Source: Octopus sinensis
Taxonomy: Eukaryota
NCBI RefSeq assembly: GCF_006345805.1
Contig: NC_043009.1
Span: 11,284,001-11,348,000, forward strand
Direction: 5' to 3'
Length of the DNA: 64,000 bases
In this document: in pieces, positions 1 through 13,293 of the stretch
Position numbering within the stretch: the first letter of the stretch is position 1
How the letters are laid out: each line of letters begins with the position of its first letter
Program-made: the position numbers and the translations under genes
The notes under the pieces: model-generated
Told to the model about the DNA's origin: nothing
Database searches by the model: none
Seen by the model: only the letters and a program-made list of their open reading frames with translations

Positions 1-877
1 GTTTCATTCATCGGATTGACTTGACTGGAACCCCTCGTCGTAGTAGCCGACAGAGTGCCAGCGAATGTATGAGAGATTTATTTGTTCCCAGTTGATCTTC
101 TTAGAGGATCTCTCTCAGTATATCAAGCGAAGGTAGATTATGTTTTGTACAAAACAACTAAAGTTCGATATTATATTTTGCAAGTACATATTTTCCCAAT
201 GGTTTTATTTTGTCAATTTCTGCTTACTCATTTACCCTTTTTATCTAAATTTGATAAAAATGTTATTTTTATTTGATAAATTTCGTTTCACTTAGTTGTG
301 AATTGTGAAGTTCCTAGATTTCGTTTCTACATCTCGTTTCAGAAGAAGCTCATTGGTGAATCTCGGCGTATGACCAATAGTAGGTAGGGACTAGAATCCC
401 GAGTCAGACATTTTATGTTTTTTAGCTATAGAATTCTCTTACAGAAATTTAGATGGAAAAGGGGCACTTTGTTGTATTTTACACATAGGGTTTGAAAATA
501 CTGCCATAAATTTAAAGTTTGGAATATAGCTTGACGCTGATGTGTTCGTAATTTTCTGTCGCTTTACATTTTGCTGTGTTGATAAAAATGCGTTGACGGC
601 AAGTCGTAGAAAGGGCAAGGAACTTTGCCGTTATGCAAATTGATTTCAAATCTAAAACCACTTTTATGTGACAAAGGGAATAGAATTTTCTTTTTTTGCA
701 TTTCTTTTTTTTGCTTTTTGTTAGTAATTTTGGAATTAGATTTGTATCAATGTAAGGTGTCTGAGATCAATTTACTGATATTCGTAACTTGCTTCAGTTG
801 AACATTTCTCACTCTCTAGTGATTTGAGTGTTGATGTCTAACTTTAGTAAGGTGTTAGACTATCGCTGTTGCTGCTT

Positions 878-1221
878 GCTTGTTTGTTGAGCGAAGCGGT
901 CTTCGTCCTCTTGGGAGAAGTCCGAAACGTTGTCCTTTGCTATTCGTAAGACCCGCAGAAGAGAAAGCAGGTCAACCCCCAACACCGAGACGGATGGAGG
1001 AATGCGCATCCAGGCTCAGCGGTTGCATAGGAAGTCGGAAGAGTGAGAGAAAGTTGGAGCGAAAGAGTACAAGAGGGGTCGCCACCACCCCCTGCCGGAG
1101 CCTCGTGGAGCTTTAGGTGTTTTCGCTCAATAAACACACACAACGCCCGGTCTGGGAATCGAAACCGCGATCCTCGGGTCGCGAGTTCGCTGCCCTAACC
1201 GATGGGCCATTGCACCTCCAC
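878..1221 (-). mobile_element. tRNA-derived SINE, family C body, tail type 1
   Basis: The minus strand starts GTGGAGGTGCAATGGCCCATCGGTTAGGGCAG (A-box-like) and continues to GGTTTCGATTCCC (B-box-like). The body is near-identical to the element at 13001-13293 (ccggagcc.cgtggagctt.aggtgttttcgctca.taaacacac; agagtgagagaaagttg). Confidence 0.85.
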
Positions 1222-1499
1222 CGCTGTTGCTGCTAGTGATGACTATATGAAATTAATCATACTTGTTGACATATAATCACCCATATCTTCCTGCCACTGT
1301 CACTTGTATTCCACCAACGCTTCTGTCATAAAATCAGGAACCATTTTCTATTCCGTCTATATTAGCTGACTGGCAAACTGCCCTCTCGAAGCACACTTTT
1401 ATTCCTTTCTAACCATGAAACTCAGCCTTACTCAGTATTTAGCCTGCTATCACTCTCTTTATCCTAATTAGATTCTTTGACAACTTTTAGATATTTCGA

Positions 1500-1800
1500 A
1501 TATTCCACTTGTACGACAACTATTACTTAAGAGCCAGATAACGCTTGACATCAGCTGTCTGGACGGAGTTTGTCTATTCTATGCGGAAAACTATTGGAAG
1601 TATATGTGCTTTAGATTTTGTCTGCGATAGATATTGTACCAAGAAGGTCTTTCTTTTGTATATTTTAGTTCACATCTGTCAAATAGTTAAACCTCATAAT
1701 ACCAAACTCGGAAAGGTATTTTATTAGTTGCGTTTCTCTTAGAGAGATTAATGATATAGGACGCAACTTACAGCTGTTCGAGAAGAATAAGTGTTTGGGT
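1500..1800 (-). pseudogene. Possible very old LINE reverse-transcriptase remnant
   Basis: The minus-strand translation KLRPISLISLRETQLIKYLSEFG resembles the YRPISL...QLIKYL segment at the start of non-LTR RT domains. The rest is heavily decayed. Confidence 0.25.
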
Positions 1801-2092
1801 CTCACCGATCTTGGTGGGTCTGCGTAGAACACTGGCGTAGCTTCTTTCTCCTGGACATACGAATACAAAAAAAATATCAGTAAACCAACTGCCAAAAGTT
1901 ACTCAGCATCAACTAAAAACTTTATACTACTTTATCATCGGCAGGCAACACTCTAAAAATAAAGAAAAGATACTTATGTGCAGTGCACTACATGGCCAGT
2001 ACGCTGTCTCACGTCATAAAGTGCAGCTTGGCCAAATTGTTTGCCCAGAAGTAATATCCTACACAGCCGGCCTTGTGCAAAACTTAGAAAAC

Positions 2093-2480
2093 AAGGCGCC
2101 CAACTGGCAGAATCGTTGTCACATCCAGCTGTACGTTCTGAATTCAAATGCTGCCGATGTCAAATTTGCTTTTCATATTCGGATTCAATAAAATAAAGTA
2201 CTGATCAGGTACATAACCTGATGTAATCGACTAAGTCCTCTGCCCTCCAAATTGTGACTTTGTACTAATATTTGCTATAAAGGTTACGAACCGGTAGAAC
2301 CGTTAGCACGTCTGCCAAAAATGCGTAGCAGTAATTATTCTGACTACGAGTTTAAAGGTCTCCGATGTTGAATTTCTCTTTCTTTATTGGGGGTGAATAA
2401 AATAAGAAGCAGGTGAGCACTGGGTTTGATGAAATCGACTTAGCCACTCTGCTAAAAGTTGTTGGCCTTGTGACAAAATC
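2093..2480 (+). mobile_element. Two adjacent, strongly diverged SINE family B copies
   Basis: ggcgcccaactggcagaatcgtt...gttctgaattcaaatgctgccgatgtc...tgtaatcgactaagtcc and accggtagaaccgttagcacg...gatgaaatcgacttagcc match younger family B copies in this window. Confidence 0.6.
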
Positions 2481-3330
2481 TCAAGCCACCATTTTTATTG
2501 CTATCATCATCATCATCATCATCATCATCGTCATCGTCGTCGTCCTCGTCGTTGTCGTCTTTCTGTTAGTGTTATTAACGTTGCGTTGTAGTTGGATCGT
2601 CGAGGACAGCTCACTGTGTTTGTTTCGCCGGAAAATCGCGAGGGGTTTGGTAAAAGTCTAGAAACCTTTTATAAACGGAAAAGTTAATGTACTAAATATA
2701 CCGTTCCGGATCGACAATATTTATTGTATGTATCGGTAATGTATAACACAGTTCGGAACGAAAATAAAGCAGTTAGTATAATAGGTAAGTCAAGAAACCG
2801 AGCATTCATAAGGCCGAAACTTAAACTACTTTTCAGGGTGTATAAATAACTGAAATTACAACATGCCACTCCTGAACGGGTGGGGGTGGGGTTAATTGAG
2901 GGCACTGGAGCAACGTTGAATGAAGTACTTTGATTCAGAAGATAACACAGCACCCAGTCTAGGAAACGAAATCACTATCTTATAATTGTGAGTGCAATAC
3001 GCCTGATCACCGTGCCACACGCTCTCAGTCAGTGCAAGATATATTTCAAGTTTCTAAACATGGTATATCGACGATAATATATTCTTCATGATTTTCTTAA
3101 TTTTGATATCGATTATCTCGTTGTTCTGTTATAAGACTTTGGAACAAATTTCACAGCAATTTTATTGTCTACGATAGCATCAGACTTACACATTCGGGCT
3201 AATTACGTTCTGTGAAAGATTGAAATTCGTTGATTACCGCAGTTAGGAGATAAGGAGTGACTGCGCTCATGGTTGCTTTAAGTATAGATATAGATACATA
3301 CGTACAAATATACACATAAATATGCATATA

Positions 3331-3546
<216 letters not shown>

Positions 3547-4439
3547 TTGTGTGTCTAAATATGTTCTATTACATAAGAAGCGATGCTCTCATTCAAGTGC
3601 TCAATGCATCGCATTATACAGAGTTGCATGATTTATACATACATACTTACATACACAAATACGTACATAGACGCACATGCATACATGCGCATATGCATTC
3701 CCGTGGATACACACATAAACATAATGTGTGTGTGTGTGTGTAGTCAGTGACATAACAGCTTTGTGATCAACCTTGTCTGAAATGTCCCTATTAATATAGC
3801 TTTTGTGACTCGGACTTGTCTTCTGGCTTTTTTTAAGTTTTAACTCAATATTTTGTTGAGAATGCTGTTTTGACCTAATTCAAAATGGGCTCCATATGTG
3901 ACTATTCCGGCTTTTGTTTGATCATGTATCTCTCTTACATGGTAATTCCACCTTTATTTAGTTGGCAATCCCTTCTTTATTGAAAAGACAGGTGTAAATT
4001 GAGGGTTATTTCGATGATAATTCTACTAAATCGAGTGATGACGCAGGAGACTCACTCGTTAGATTCTGACCTCGTAAGTTACACCTAATTAAATCAACAA
4101 CTTAGATTGTCGTGGTTTTCAGTTTTAATTTCCGTGTTCTATTTTATTACCATCGCTAGTTTGTGATTGGAAATAATGCATTTTATAACCTACTGCACAG
4201 GTTTCATATTCGAGTAACCTTTTATTCTTCTCTGACTCAATGTGTTCTTTTTTCTTTCTCTTCATGCAAAATTTACACTATGTATTTTATTTATTAGCTT
4301 CATCCATTACATTTAAAATTTTATTTTATTTTAAATTTCATGTACTGTATTATTTGAATACATTTTATAACCTAGTGTTTCTGTTTTTCAGTAGCATTCC
4401 TTTGTTCTGTGCTTCATTTATGCAAGTTATTTTAAAGGT

Positions 4440-4860
4440 CATTCTGGAAAAGGGTTTTATAACTGAAGGGGTGTGGAACAAAGACCTGTCGGCAATCATG
4501 ACTTTTATCGAGTTCAAGAAGGCATCTCATACAACTAACCAAGAAAAACTATCGTGTTTTGAAGCGTGTGGTATTCATTAGGAGTTAGAACAATCTTTCA
4601 GCGGCTTATACGGGAACATTCGATGCAAAGTCATCTCATCTTACATGAGCTAGACAATGCCAACATCAAAACCGATGTGATTATAAATACATTATCATTC
4701 CTTGCCTCATCTGAACTCGATTATGTGCTGAGTATGTCCATCATTGGTTGTGAGAAGGAGGTCTGGCTCATTTTGGGCTCCAGAAAAAAATCATCGTGTG
4801 CCAGATGTTACAAATGCTGAACTTGACACTCAATATCTCGCTCGTGATAAGTAATGATTT
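4440..4860 (+). pseudogene. Decayed RTE-like LINE reverse-transcriptase fragment
   Basis: Frameshifted translation AIMTFIEFKKA...EACGI / ELDNANIKTDV...LDYVLSMSI...VTNAELD resembles the RT motifs FIDFKKAFD...AYGIP, IKTGVLQGD...LDYVL and DFADD. Confidence 0.55.
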
Positions 4861-5293
4861 TAAACACAATAGATCTTTAAAGGGAGCCCCAATGGACGAA
4901 TTAACACAGTTTTACAGCCTTTCCTAAAGCACATACAGTAAGCACGTTATATTGACAATGTTTGCATTATTCAACTCCTTCAAACACAAACTTTTAATTT
5001 TATTTTCGTTGTGCAACCCATTTCCACATAAGCAAACATTATTTTATGCTATTGTGTAAATACCTCTACCAGACCAAGATAGGTGGTTTCGGAGGTGGAG
5101 GAGTAGCATTCAGAGCGGAAATGACAGTAAAATATTGATATCTATCACTGTCTTTCATTTCCGTGGCGATTTCATTTCGCCTAAGTGTGAGATATGCTAT
5201 ATATTAAAAAATAATACGTTTTTAAACGGGTCTCGCCTGAATGAATTATAGCAACTTTTCTATCTTTACTAATGCGCAGACATTGTCTATGTG

Positions 5294-5336
<43 letters not shown>

Positions 5337-5394
5337 GTATGTATGTATGTTTGTATGTATGTATTATGTATGCATGCATATATTCCATTACATT

Positions 5395-5461
5395 TTTATT
5401 CTTTTACTCATTTCAGTCACTTGACTGCGGCCATGTTGGAGCACCGCCTTAAGGTATTTAT
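5395..5461 (-). mobile_element. Solo (5'-truncated) SINE family A tail
   Basis: The reverse complement reads aaggcggtgctccaacatggccgcagtcaagtgactgaaatgagtaaaagaata. Confidence 0.8.
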
Positions 5462-6997
5462 GCTGTTATTGTTTCTTTATTTAAACATTTTGAGCTAAGG
5501 ATTCTACTGGCAAAACATGGAATTCTTTAACTTACTGTATTTAAAAACGAACAACGATATTTCCCAAGCTTCTTTTATTTTACTTTATTGACCTATTCTT
5601 TCGTATTTGTCATGTGAACAAAATACTAGAAGAATAGTTGAAGGAAATCTTTCATGAGATACGTATTACGCAGAAACGCATTCAAATAAAAAACCCACGC
5701 GTATGAACGATTGTGTCTCCGGTGGTTTCCTGACTTGTTAGAAATATCAGCAAAATCTCTTTCGAATCATATTGTTTTGTATGAGCAAAGTTGGAATAGG
5801 TGGTCTAATCGTGGGAAGCATTACGACTGAAAAAAAAAAAACACAACATGGCCATTGGTGGAATATCGTTAATCACAAATCTGTTGAAACAGGGCTGAGG
5901 TATAGCAAAAATTAAATAAATACAAAGAATTACCGCTGCAGTAACAACAATAACAACTTCAACAGCAAAGATGTACATAACCCCACAACAAGGCTATGTG
6001 CTGATTGCTAAAAGAATTATACAACTTATACAGTTTGAATTCATATAAACATGACCTTGTACCTAATTCAGAAAAAAATATCAATATTCTCTACTTCCTA
6101 AAAACAATTTATTGCCGTGTTTACAATACAGTATTTTTTCGGCATATATATTTATCTCATCAAGTAATATCACGACTCACTTCGCCGCAATTAAAGCAAA
6201 GCTTTTTAAAAACTTGATTTGTTTCGTAAACATTAAAGTTATCGCAATTGATATGTTGAAGCGATTTCACAGTAGTGTAATTTTTATGGATCTTCATCGT
6301 TTGTTTTGCTTTGATTGAAGCATAAAAAAGCGATAATTTTTTTTTTTTTTACATCAGTGAAATATTTAAAGCGAAAAAAACGTAGAAAAAAAAGTATTCT
6401 TTTCAGTTATCTGGTCGCATGATATAGAATATTAAAAATAGTAACGTTTTAAATATATTAGACAACATTAGCATTTAATGAGGACAAACCAATGTGTGTT
6501 GTGATACTTAAGCGGGGTACCTCAAATGGTGTGTTACTAACTCGCCAGACAAGTGTTTACTTAACTATCTTCCATTTTATCCGAACTCCAATAGTTGCAA
6601 TTATTACAGAACCAACTACTATGCCAGGAATTTTACCTCGACTAGACAGCAAACTATCAGGAGCAATATAGCAACACTACAAACTAAACAAATGTATCAA
6701 AATAATAGCTTTCCTAAATATATATTTTCAGTTCATGAAAATTTATATTCATCGAGATGTGATCAAATAATAATCCTGTTTCATTTTGACACAATGACAG
6801 CAATTTCTAGTGGGAAAGGTTAATCGGTATCACTGGCATTAGCGCTTCACTGGTACTTTCTTTTATCGACTTGGGGAGGATGAAACACAAAGGCATGCTC
6901 GGCGGGATTTGAACTCAGTTCTGATGACTCGAGACCAATATAGCAAATCAGTTTTGCCATTCTGTAACAAGTCTGCTAATTCATCGAGCAAAAGAAA

Positions 6998-7392
6998 TAC
7001 TCTCTTTACTCTTTACTCTTTTACTTATTTCAGTCATTTGACTGCGGCCATGCTGGAGTACCGCCATGACTTAATCTTTGTAAGCCCAGTACTTATTCTA
7101 TTGTTCTCTTTTGTCGAACCGCTAAGTGATGGGGACATAAACACACCAGCATCGGTTGTCAAGCAATGCTAGCGGGACAAACACAGACACACAAACACAC
7201 ACGCACACATATACATATATACATATGTACGACGGGCTTCTTTCAGTTTCCGTCTACCAAATCCACTCACAGGCTTTGGTCAGCCTAAGGCTATAGTAGA
7301 AGCCACTTGCCCAAGGTGCCACGCAGTGGGACTGAACCCGGAGCCATATGGTTGGTAAACAAGCTACTTAACACACAGCCACTCCTGCGCCT
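6998..7392 (-). mobile_element. tRNA-derived SINE family A, near full length, internal deletion
   Basis: The head (aggcgcaggagtggctgtgtgttaagtagcttg...gggttcagtcccactgcgtggcaccttgggcaag) and tail (ggcggtactccagcatggccgcagtcaaatgactgaaataagtaaaagagta) match the copy at 50802-51220. Confidence 0.9.
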
Positions 7393-7434
7393 TTGCAATC
7401 ATAACACTTTTTACTATATATGTTTGAAATTTCT

Positions 7435-7620
7435 TTTGGTAGGAGGTCAGGCGATTACATTGAACCCAGTCCTCATCTGCTACTTATTTTATCGACCCCC
7501 GAAACGATAAAAGCAAAGCCAACCTCAGAAGAATTCAAACTCAAAACATAAAGACCGAAGGAAGTGTCGCTATGGATTTTGTCCGGCGTGCTGCCGATTC
7601 TGCCAGCTCGTCGCCTTCGA
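7435..7620 (-). mobile_element. Diverged SINE family B copy; a second diverged copy lies at about 6830-6985
   Basis: ttttatcgacccccgaaacgataaaagcaaagccaacctcagaagaattcaaactca...tgccgattctgccagctcgtcgcc. Confidence 0.65.
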
Positions 7621-9144
7621 TGAAGTAAAGATAACGAAAATAGGCCAAACAAATATAACTAAAACATTACTGTATCTATATGACTCATTGTTTACGGTGT
7701 TATCGACTATTTTACTGCGCAGTTGGTGCGAGAAATACAGTTTTGTTTGCGAAGTACGACAGGGCAGAAAAATAACATACATTATCATTTTAGTGAATGA
7801 TACTTTTTATTCTCCGAGATTCATAATTATAGCTATAGCAATGCGATTATATTGTGACTATAATACGACTGTCACATAAATGAATGACCCAGGAAAATTT
7901 CCCAGAGTTGCCTTCTGCATGAAAACCTTTCAGCTAAGTAGAATTAACATACTTAATGTAGTTAGTAAGCCTTCTAAAAATATTTTTAATTAATTAAAGT
8001 TACACCCGTATTTAAGGATACAAGTATTAACTTTAGAGATAATTGATGTCAAGAAAAGCAAGGGGGTTAACTCTAAAATTCAATTTAATTCAATGTGTGC
8101 ATGGCGTTTGGTGGGAACGAGTCTGATCTTTGGCAAGTAGGATTAATAACTTCGGATAATTAACGTCTTATTAGAATCTTATTATTTTTATGTGAAAGCT
8201 ATTCTAACCTGTACGAAACCATACCTATGAGGAAACGAAAAATCCCAGCTCTTATCCTGAAAAGGAGAAAATCCACACGGATTTCATGCAACTGGGCGAG
8301 AAACAATATTTCCGAGAATTCTAGTCTATTAAATGACACTAATTACTATTTTATCGAGGGATCTAATTTTCTACTCGAATTCCAAAAGTCAAGTTAACTA
8401 TGACAAGATTTTAATTAAAATCAGTAATTTGACAAATTGTATATATAATTAATTTAATTGGATGCTTTATCACTATCGTCATGAATCAAGAACAATAATT
8501 CCGAATAAAATCAAATGAAATATTGAAAGTCTATAATCTCAACGCTTACATATTAAATATTGTTATATTTATGAATATTATTTGAGGACATCATTCCATG
8601 GAAGTTTTTCCAAATCACTACGGTTTAATGCCCCCTCCCACACACACACACGCATACCACTTTACGGATAATATATTCACGTCTTTGTTTACATGTGGGA
8701 TTCGTTAATTCATGAGATAAAGTATTTTGGACCCAACTGATACTTTGAACATACTACACTTGAGACACGAGTAGAACACATAGCTTAATTTAGCAGTCAT
8801 CATCGCACCCATTCTTATCAATACAGCATTGTATCATTATTATTCAGGATGAAAAAAAATAAAAAACATAGGTAGTAATAGTACTTGTAAAACACTCGTA
8901 AAAAAATTCAGAAGCAATTTTCAAACTATGAAATTAGAAGATATTAAATACTGTTAATCACAAACTGACGAAATGTTTCTGTTAATGTTGTTAAAAAGTA
9001 TTTCAAATACACCAATGAAAATCTTTTATCGCTAAATTTAATAACAGCAGGTGTTTACCTCCACTTACATCATTTTTTTCCCATATCTTTTACTTGTTTC
9101 AGTTTTTTAACTACGGCAATGCTGGGGCACCGACTTACTATATG

Positions 9145-10634
9145 TCTTGGTTTATTTGTATCTTAGTTTATATATGAACTAAACCATCATAAATACTTAT
9201 GTTTAGATAAAAAGAAATCTTTATCTTCCTATATTTAGTTATCAAAATGTACTAAATTGAACAATGTATTGCATGCTGTACGGCTCAAGTCTCTTCGAAG
9301 TTACAGGATCGTAAAGCCCCTAACGCTAGTTATCAAGCAGTGGTGGGGGACAAACACAGACACAAAGATACACACGTAGATACACGCACACACACACGCA
9401 CATGTGTATATGTAAACATATATGTGTGTGTGTCTTTGCATATATTCTTTTATTCTTTTACTTGTTTCAGTCATTTGACGGCAGCCATGATGGAGCATCG
9501 CCTTGAAGGGTTTTAGCCGAATAAATAGGCCCCAGGACTTATTTCTTAAGCTTAGAACGTATTCTATCGGTCTCTTTAGCTGAATCGTTGTGTTACGATG
9601 ACGTAAACACACCAACATCGGTTATCAAGTGATGATGGCTTGGTGGTGCAAAAACAGGCACAAAAACAAACACACATAGATATATACATATCCATGTGTT
9701 TGGGAAGCAAGCGTCTTACCACACAGCCACGCACAACGGGCTTTTCCTGTTTCCATCTGCCAAATCCACTCACAAGGCTTTGGCCGGCCCAAGGCTATAG
9801 TAGAAGACACTTGCCCAAGGTGCCATAGAATGGGACTGAACAGGGAAACATATGGTTAGGGAGTAAGCTTTTTACCACACATCCACGCAGATATTATTAA
9901 TATCCATTATCCATTCTCTCTCTCTGATGAACGTCACGTAGTTATAGTTTTGACAAGATATTTCTGTATGGCCATTAAATTCTCAAGAAATAGCATGCCT
10001 TGGTTAATCTTTTCGCAAGACGAAATTAGGTGCCTCAAATCTAATGGTCTAAGAAACCTCATCGTATTTACAACCGAATGGATTTTCAATATCAAACAAT
10101 ATTCATACAACTACATAAGGGAAATCTGGTTGCCAGTTAGAAACTAATGAGGTATAATAACTATATGACAGTCGGATGAATTTCCTTTACATTTATGAGG
10201 ATATAAGTTCAATTCTGCTGCATACAGCTTGATATGTCTTTGAGCGGAAAGTTTAACTACATGTCTTAATTCCCTATAAAGAAGGCAAATACATACTAGA
10301 ATATTCTACCGGTAACTAGTTGATGTTCTACTTTTTGCAGAAAAGGTTTTATCGCTCATCTGCTTAATGCCGTCAAACTTGATGTGCTCACTCCACTCAT
10401 GACTTCCCTGTGGACTATAACATATTTGCCATGCCATCATTTGTTATAGATTGATTCTTCTTATTTATGACTTAAATATAAAATATTATATCTTGGTTTA
10501 TTTGTATCTTAGTTTATATATGAACCAAACCATCGTCAATACTTATTATGATTAGATAAAAAAAAAAATTCCTTAATCTCTGGTCATCAAAACGTACTAA
10601 ACTGATCAATATATTGTATGCTGTACGGCTCAAG
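9145..10634 (+). repeat. ~145-bp dispersed direct repeat (9145-9289 and 10491-10634)
   Basis: Both copies read tcttggtttatttgtatcttagtttatatatgaac.aaaccatc...gctgtacggctcaag; about 80% identical by eye. Confidence 0.85.
9442..9890 (-). mobile_element. SINE family A copy with an internal duplicated head fragment (about 9692-9734)
   Basis: The tail tattcttttacttgtttcagtcatttgacggcagccatgatggagcatcgcc and head region gacacttgcccaaggtgcca...ttaccacaca are both present. Confidence 0.8.
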
Positions 10635-11280
10635 AACAGACCATGTAATATAAAGATATACAACTATTTCTCTTATTGATTTTCTGGAGAAGACCAAGAT
10701 ACAAAGACAGATATAGTGTTAACAAAAGATTACTGCTCCGACAAGTGTGAATGCATTTAATTATATTTGATCAAATACAGTGAGTTATAGAGGTCAATTT
10801 ATTAAATTCTGTGAGGAAATCACAGCTGGTCCATTTTCTAATTTTCCCTTGAGATTCCATTGAATCTTTTACAAAATGCATGTCATATGTTAAAACGAAA
10901 ATAACTGAATTTCCAATACATTGTCTTTCAAACTGTAAAATGTTTAAACAGCATGATGTACATAGAGGAAAGCACTTGCTCGTAGTACATTCAAGCATCC
11001 ATACGCTCGCAGATAAACGTATGCATATTTTAAATAATATATTTACTCACAATTACTATATGTGTGTATGTGTGTGCGTGTGTGTACTGTAACTGGATAT
11101 GCATATGTTAAATACAATGAAATATCTTTATACAGTCTTAAAGAAATTGAATCAAGTCTCGCGTTAACTACGTTTACGAACCTCTTGGAAATATCATCTT
11201 AATCCATTCATTCATCAGATATTTTTAGACGTGTCTGCTCTCAAGTGTGTTCTGTAAAGAATATCGGGTGTGTAATGTAT

Positions 11281-11506
11281 TATTTCTTTACTACCCACAA
11301 GGGGCTAAACACAGCGGGGACAAACAGACAAAGGGATTAAGTCGATTACATCGACCCCAGTGAACAATTGGTACTTTATTTATCGACCCCGAAAGGATGA
11401 AAGGCAAAGTCGACCTCGGCAGAATTTGAAATCAGAACGTAACGACAGACAAAATACTGTTAAGCATTTCGCCCGGCGCGCTAACGTTTCTGGCAGCTCG
11501 CCGCCT
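11281..11506 (-). mobile_element. SINE family B monomer
   Basis: Head ggcggcgagctgccagaaacgttagcgcgccgggcgaaatg, core gaggtcgactttgcctttcatcctttcggggtcgataaa, and a 3' end at gtagtaaagaaata. Confidence 0.9.
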
Positions 11507-12104
11507 GTACGGTATTATACATCTGCCAGTTTGTTATCAGTGTTATGCGACTTAGATTTTATATTTGCGTGTGACAGTTATGCATGTGGTGCTCTTAACT
11601 ATTATGATGTGCCATTCAGTAGGTATTCCAGGGAATAATCGCACGATGTTGTGCTGACTAAAAAAGTACTTTCAAAAATTAATTGTACCTTGTGACAACT
11701 TTTGAAATTCATCAAGGCACGAGCTTTCTCTCTTGCTTTTTAAACGTGTGGATATATGGGCCGTTTCTGTCTAACAACTTGCATTTCATGCCATGCCCAG
11801 GCTTATGCAGCTTCAGTCTGTCTATTATCCTACTTAGTTTTATCCCTCCCATCAAAGTACCTGAAAGACCTGTTGCCGTGAAGTCATGTTGCTTTCACTT
11901 ACCTTCAAACATACCAATGCAGTAACGCCGCTCAGGTGTCTTCAAGTAGCACGTGACTTTTAACATAAAATTTCCTTCATGTTTCAGTCGTTTATCATTT
12001 GTTTATATTTCTTCTCACATTGTCAATAATCTCAGTGAGACATTTTAATCAAGATTTGAAATTTCTAAATATCTCAGAGTGATATGAGCGGTGGTGGAAC
12101 GATA

Positions 12105-12344
12105 GAGCGGTTGTATACTGTCAACTTAGCGTGACAGTCCCGTAAAGGGAATCACACCACCGCTATGCATGTCTCTGGATGCAGGCCTAGATGTTAGGGG
12201 TGCTTGTCTCCTCTTCGTAAACATAAGGACACAAGAAATGTGTCAAAGCCGACAGGAAGCGTCGATGCTTCCTAGGGCTAAATAGCGGTTAGTGGGATTC
12301 CCTTTACGGGACTGTCACGCTAAGTTGACAGTATACAGCCGCTC
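12105..12344. mobile_element. MITE-like foldback element with ~61-bp inverted arms
   Basis: Arms at 12105-12165 and 12283-12344 include a 42-bp perfect inverted match (tgtatactgtcaacttagcgtgacagtcccgtaaagggaatc). No clear TSD. Confidence 0.8.
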
Positions 12345-13000
12345 TTCATTTTAATCAAGGTTACATGATTAAAATTCTCCACGGATTTGCTTATATGCAA
12401 GCTTCATAAATAAAAAAAAAACTAGCCGCCTACGAAACAGTAGCAAGAAACAAATAGTTTATGCAGATTCAGCTTTAAATAAACATTATTCCTCTGTACC
12501 GAACAGTATTCACTATTTTAGCTTAATTGAAATGCGTACCTAGGAGAAACAACCCTCCCCCATGTATGTATATGCATTTGCAGTGAAATGAAATGTCTTG
12601 GCAAAATAAAGCCTTCTTCATACTGAAGACGAAAAAGAAAACTTCGAAATCTCATCCAAATTTTGGCCCATTAATACTTTCAAAATGAATTTTGTATCGT
12701 TCATAAAATTATCTTAGCAACAGCAAGCACTGACAAAGTGGTTTACGAATTTTGATATGTACCGTAACTTTTTTTTTTCCTGAAATTTACGTTTATATTT
12801 TTACCACGATAAAACAGCAAGCAGTTGATTTTAGATGCTATTTCAGAAAATTATGACTCAATAAAAACAAGAATACACATGATATATAGTTTTAAGTTAC
12901 TTATTTCATAAAATGGCCTTTCATCAATTTTTTTTCCAGTTATAAATTTAAAATAAATTATATTTGTAAAGCAATTCCGTAATGCTGTCAGCAAATATGT

Positions 13001-13293
13001 TTGTTCCTTCTCGAGCCATGCTTGGCTCATAAGGGCCGGTTTCCCAGTTTCCTTGGCATATAGGTTCCCCACCTGGACGGGACGCCGGTCCGTCGCAGGT
13101 AAGCTGCAAGAGGAAAGAGTGAGAGAAAGTTGTGGCTAAAGAGTCAGCAGAAGTTCGCCATTACCTTCTGCCGGAGCCGCGTGGAGCTTAGGTGTTTTGC
13201 TCATTAACACACACATCACCTGGTCTGAGATTCGAACCCGCGATCCCTCGACCACGAGTCCGCTGCTCGAACCACTAGACCATGTGCCTCCAC
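13001..13293 (-). mobile_element. tRNA-derived SINE family C body, tail type 2
   Basis: Head gtggaggcacatggtctagtggttcgagcagcggactcg...gggttcgaatctc. The tail includes ggaaactgggaaaccggcccttatgagccaagcatggctcgagaagg. Confidence 0.88.

Noticed and set aside
340-390. Opposed ATTGG...CCAAT boxes as a promoter
   Set aside because: Two short motifs with no other support; expected by chance.
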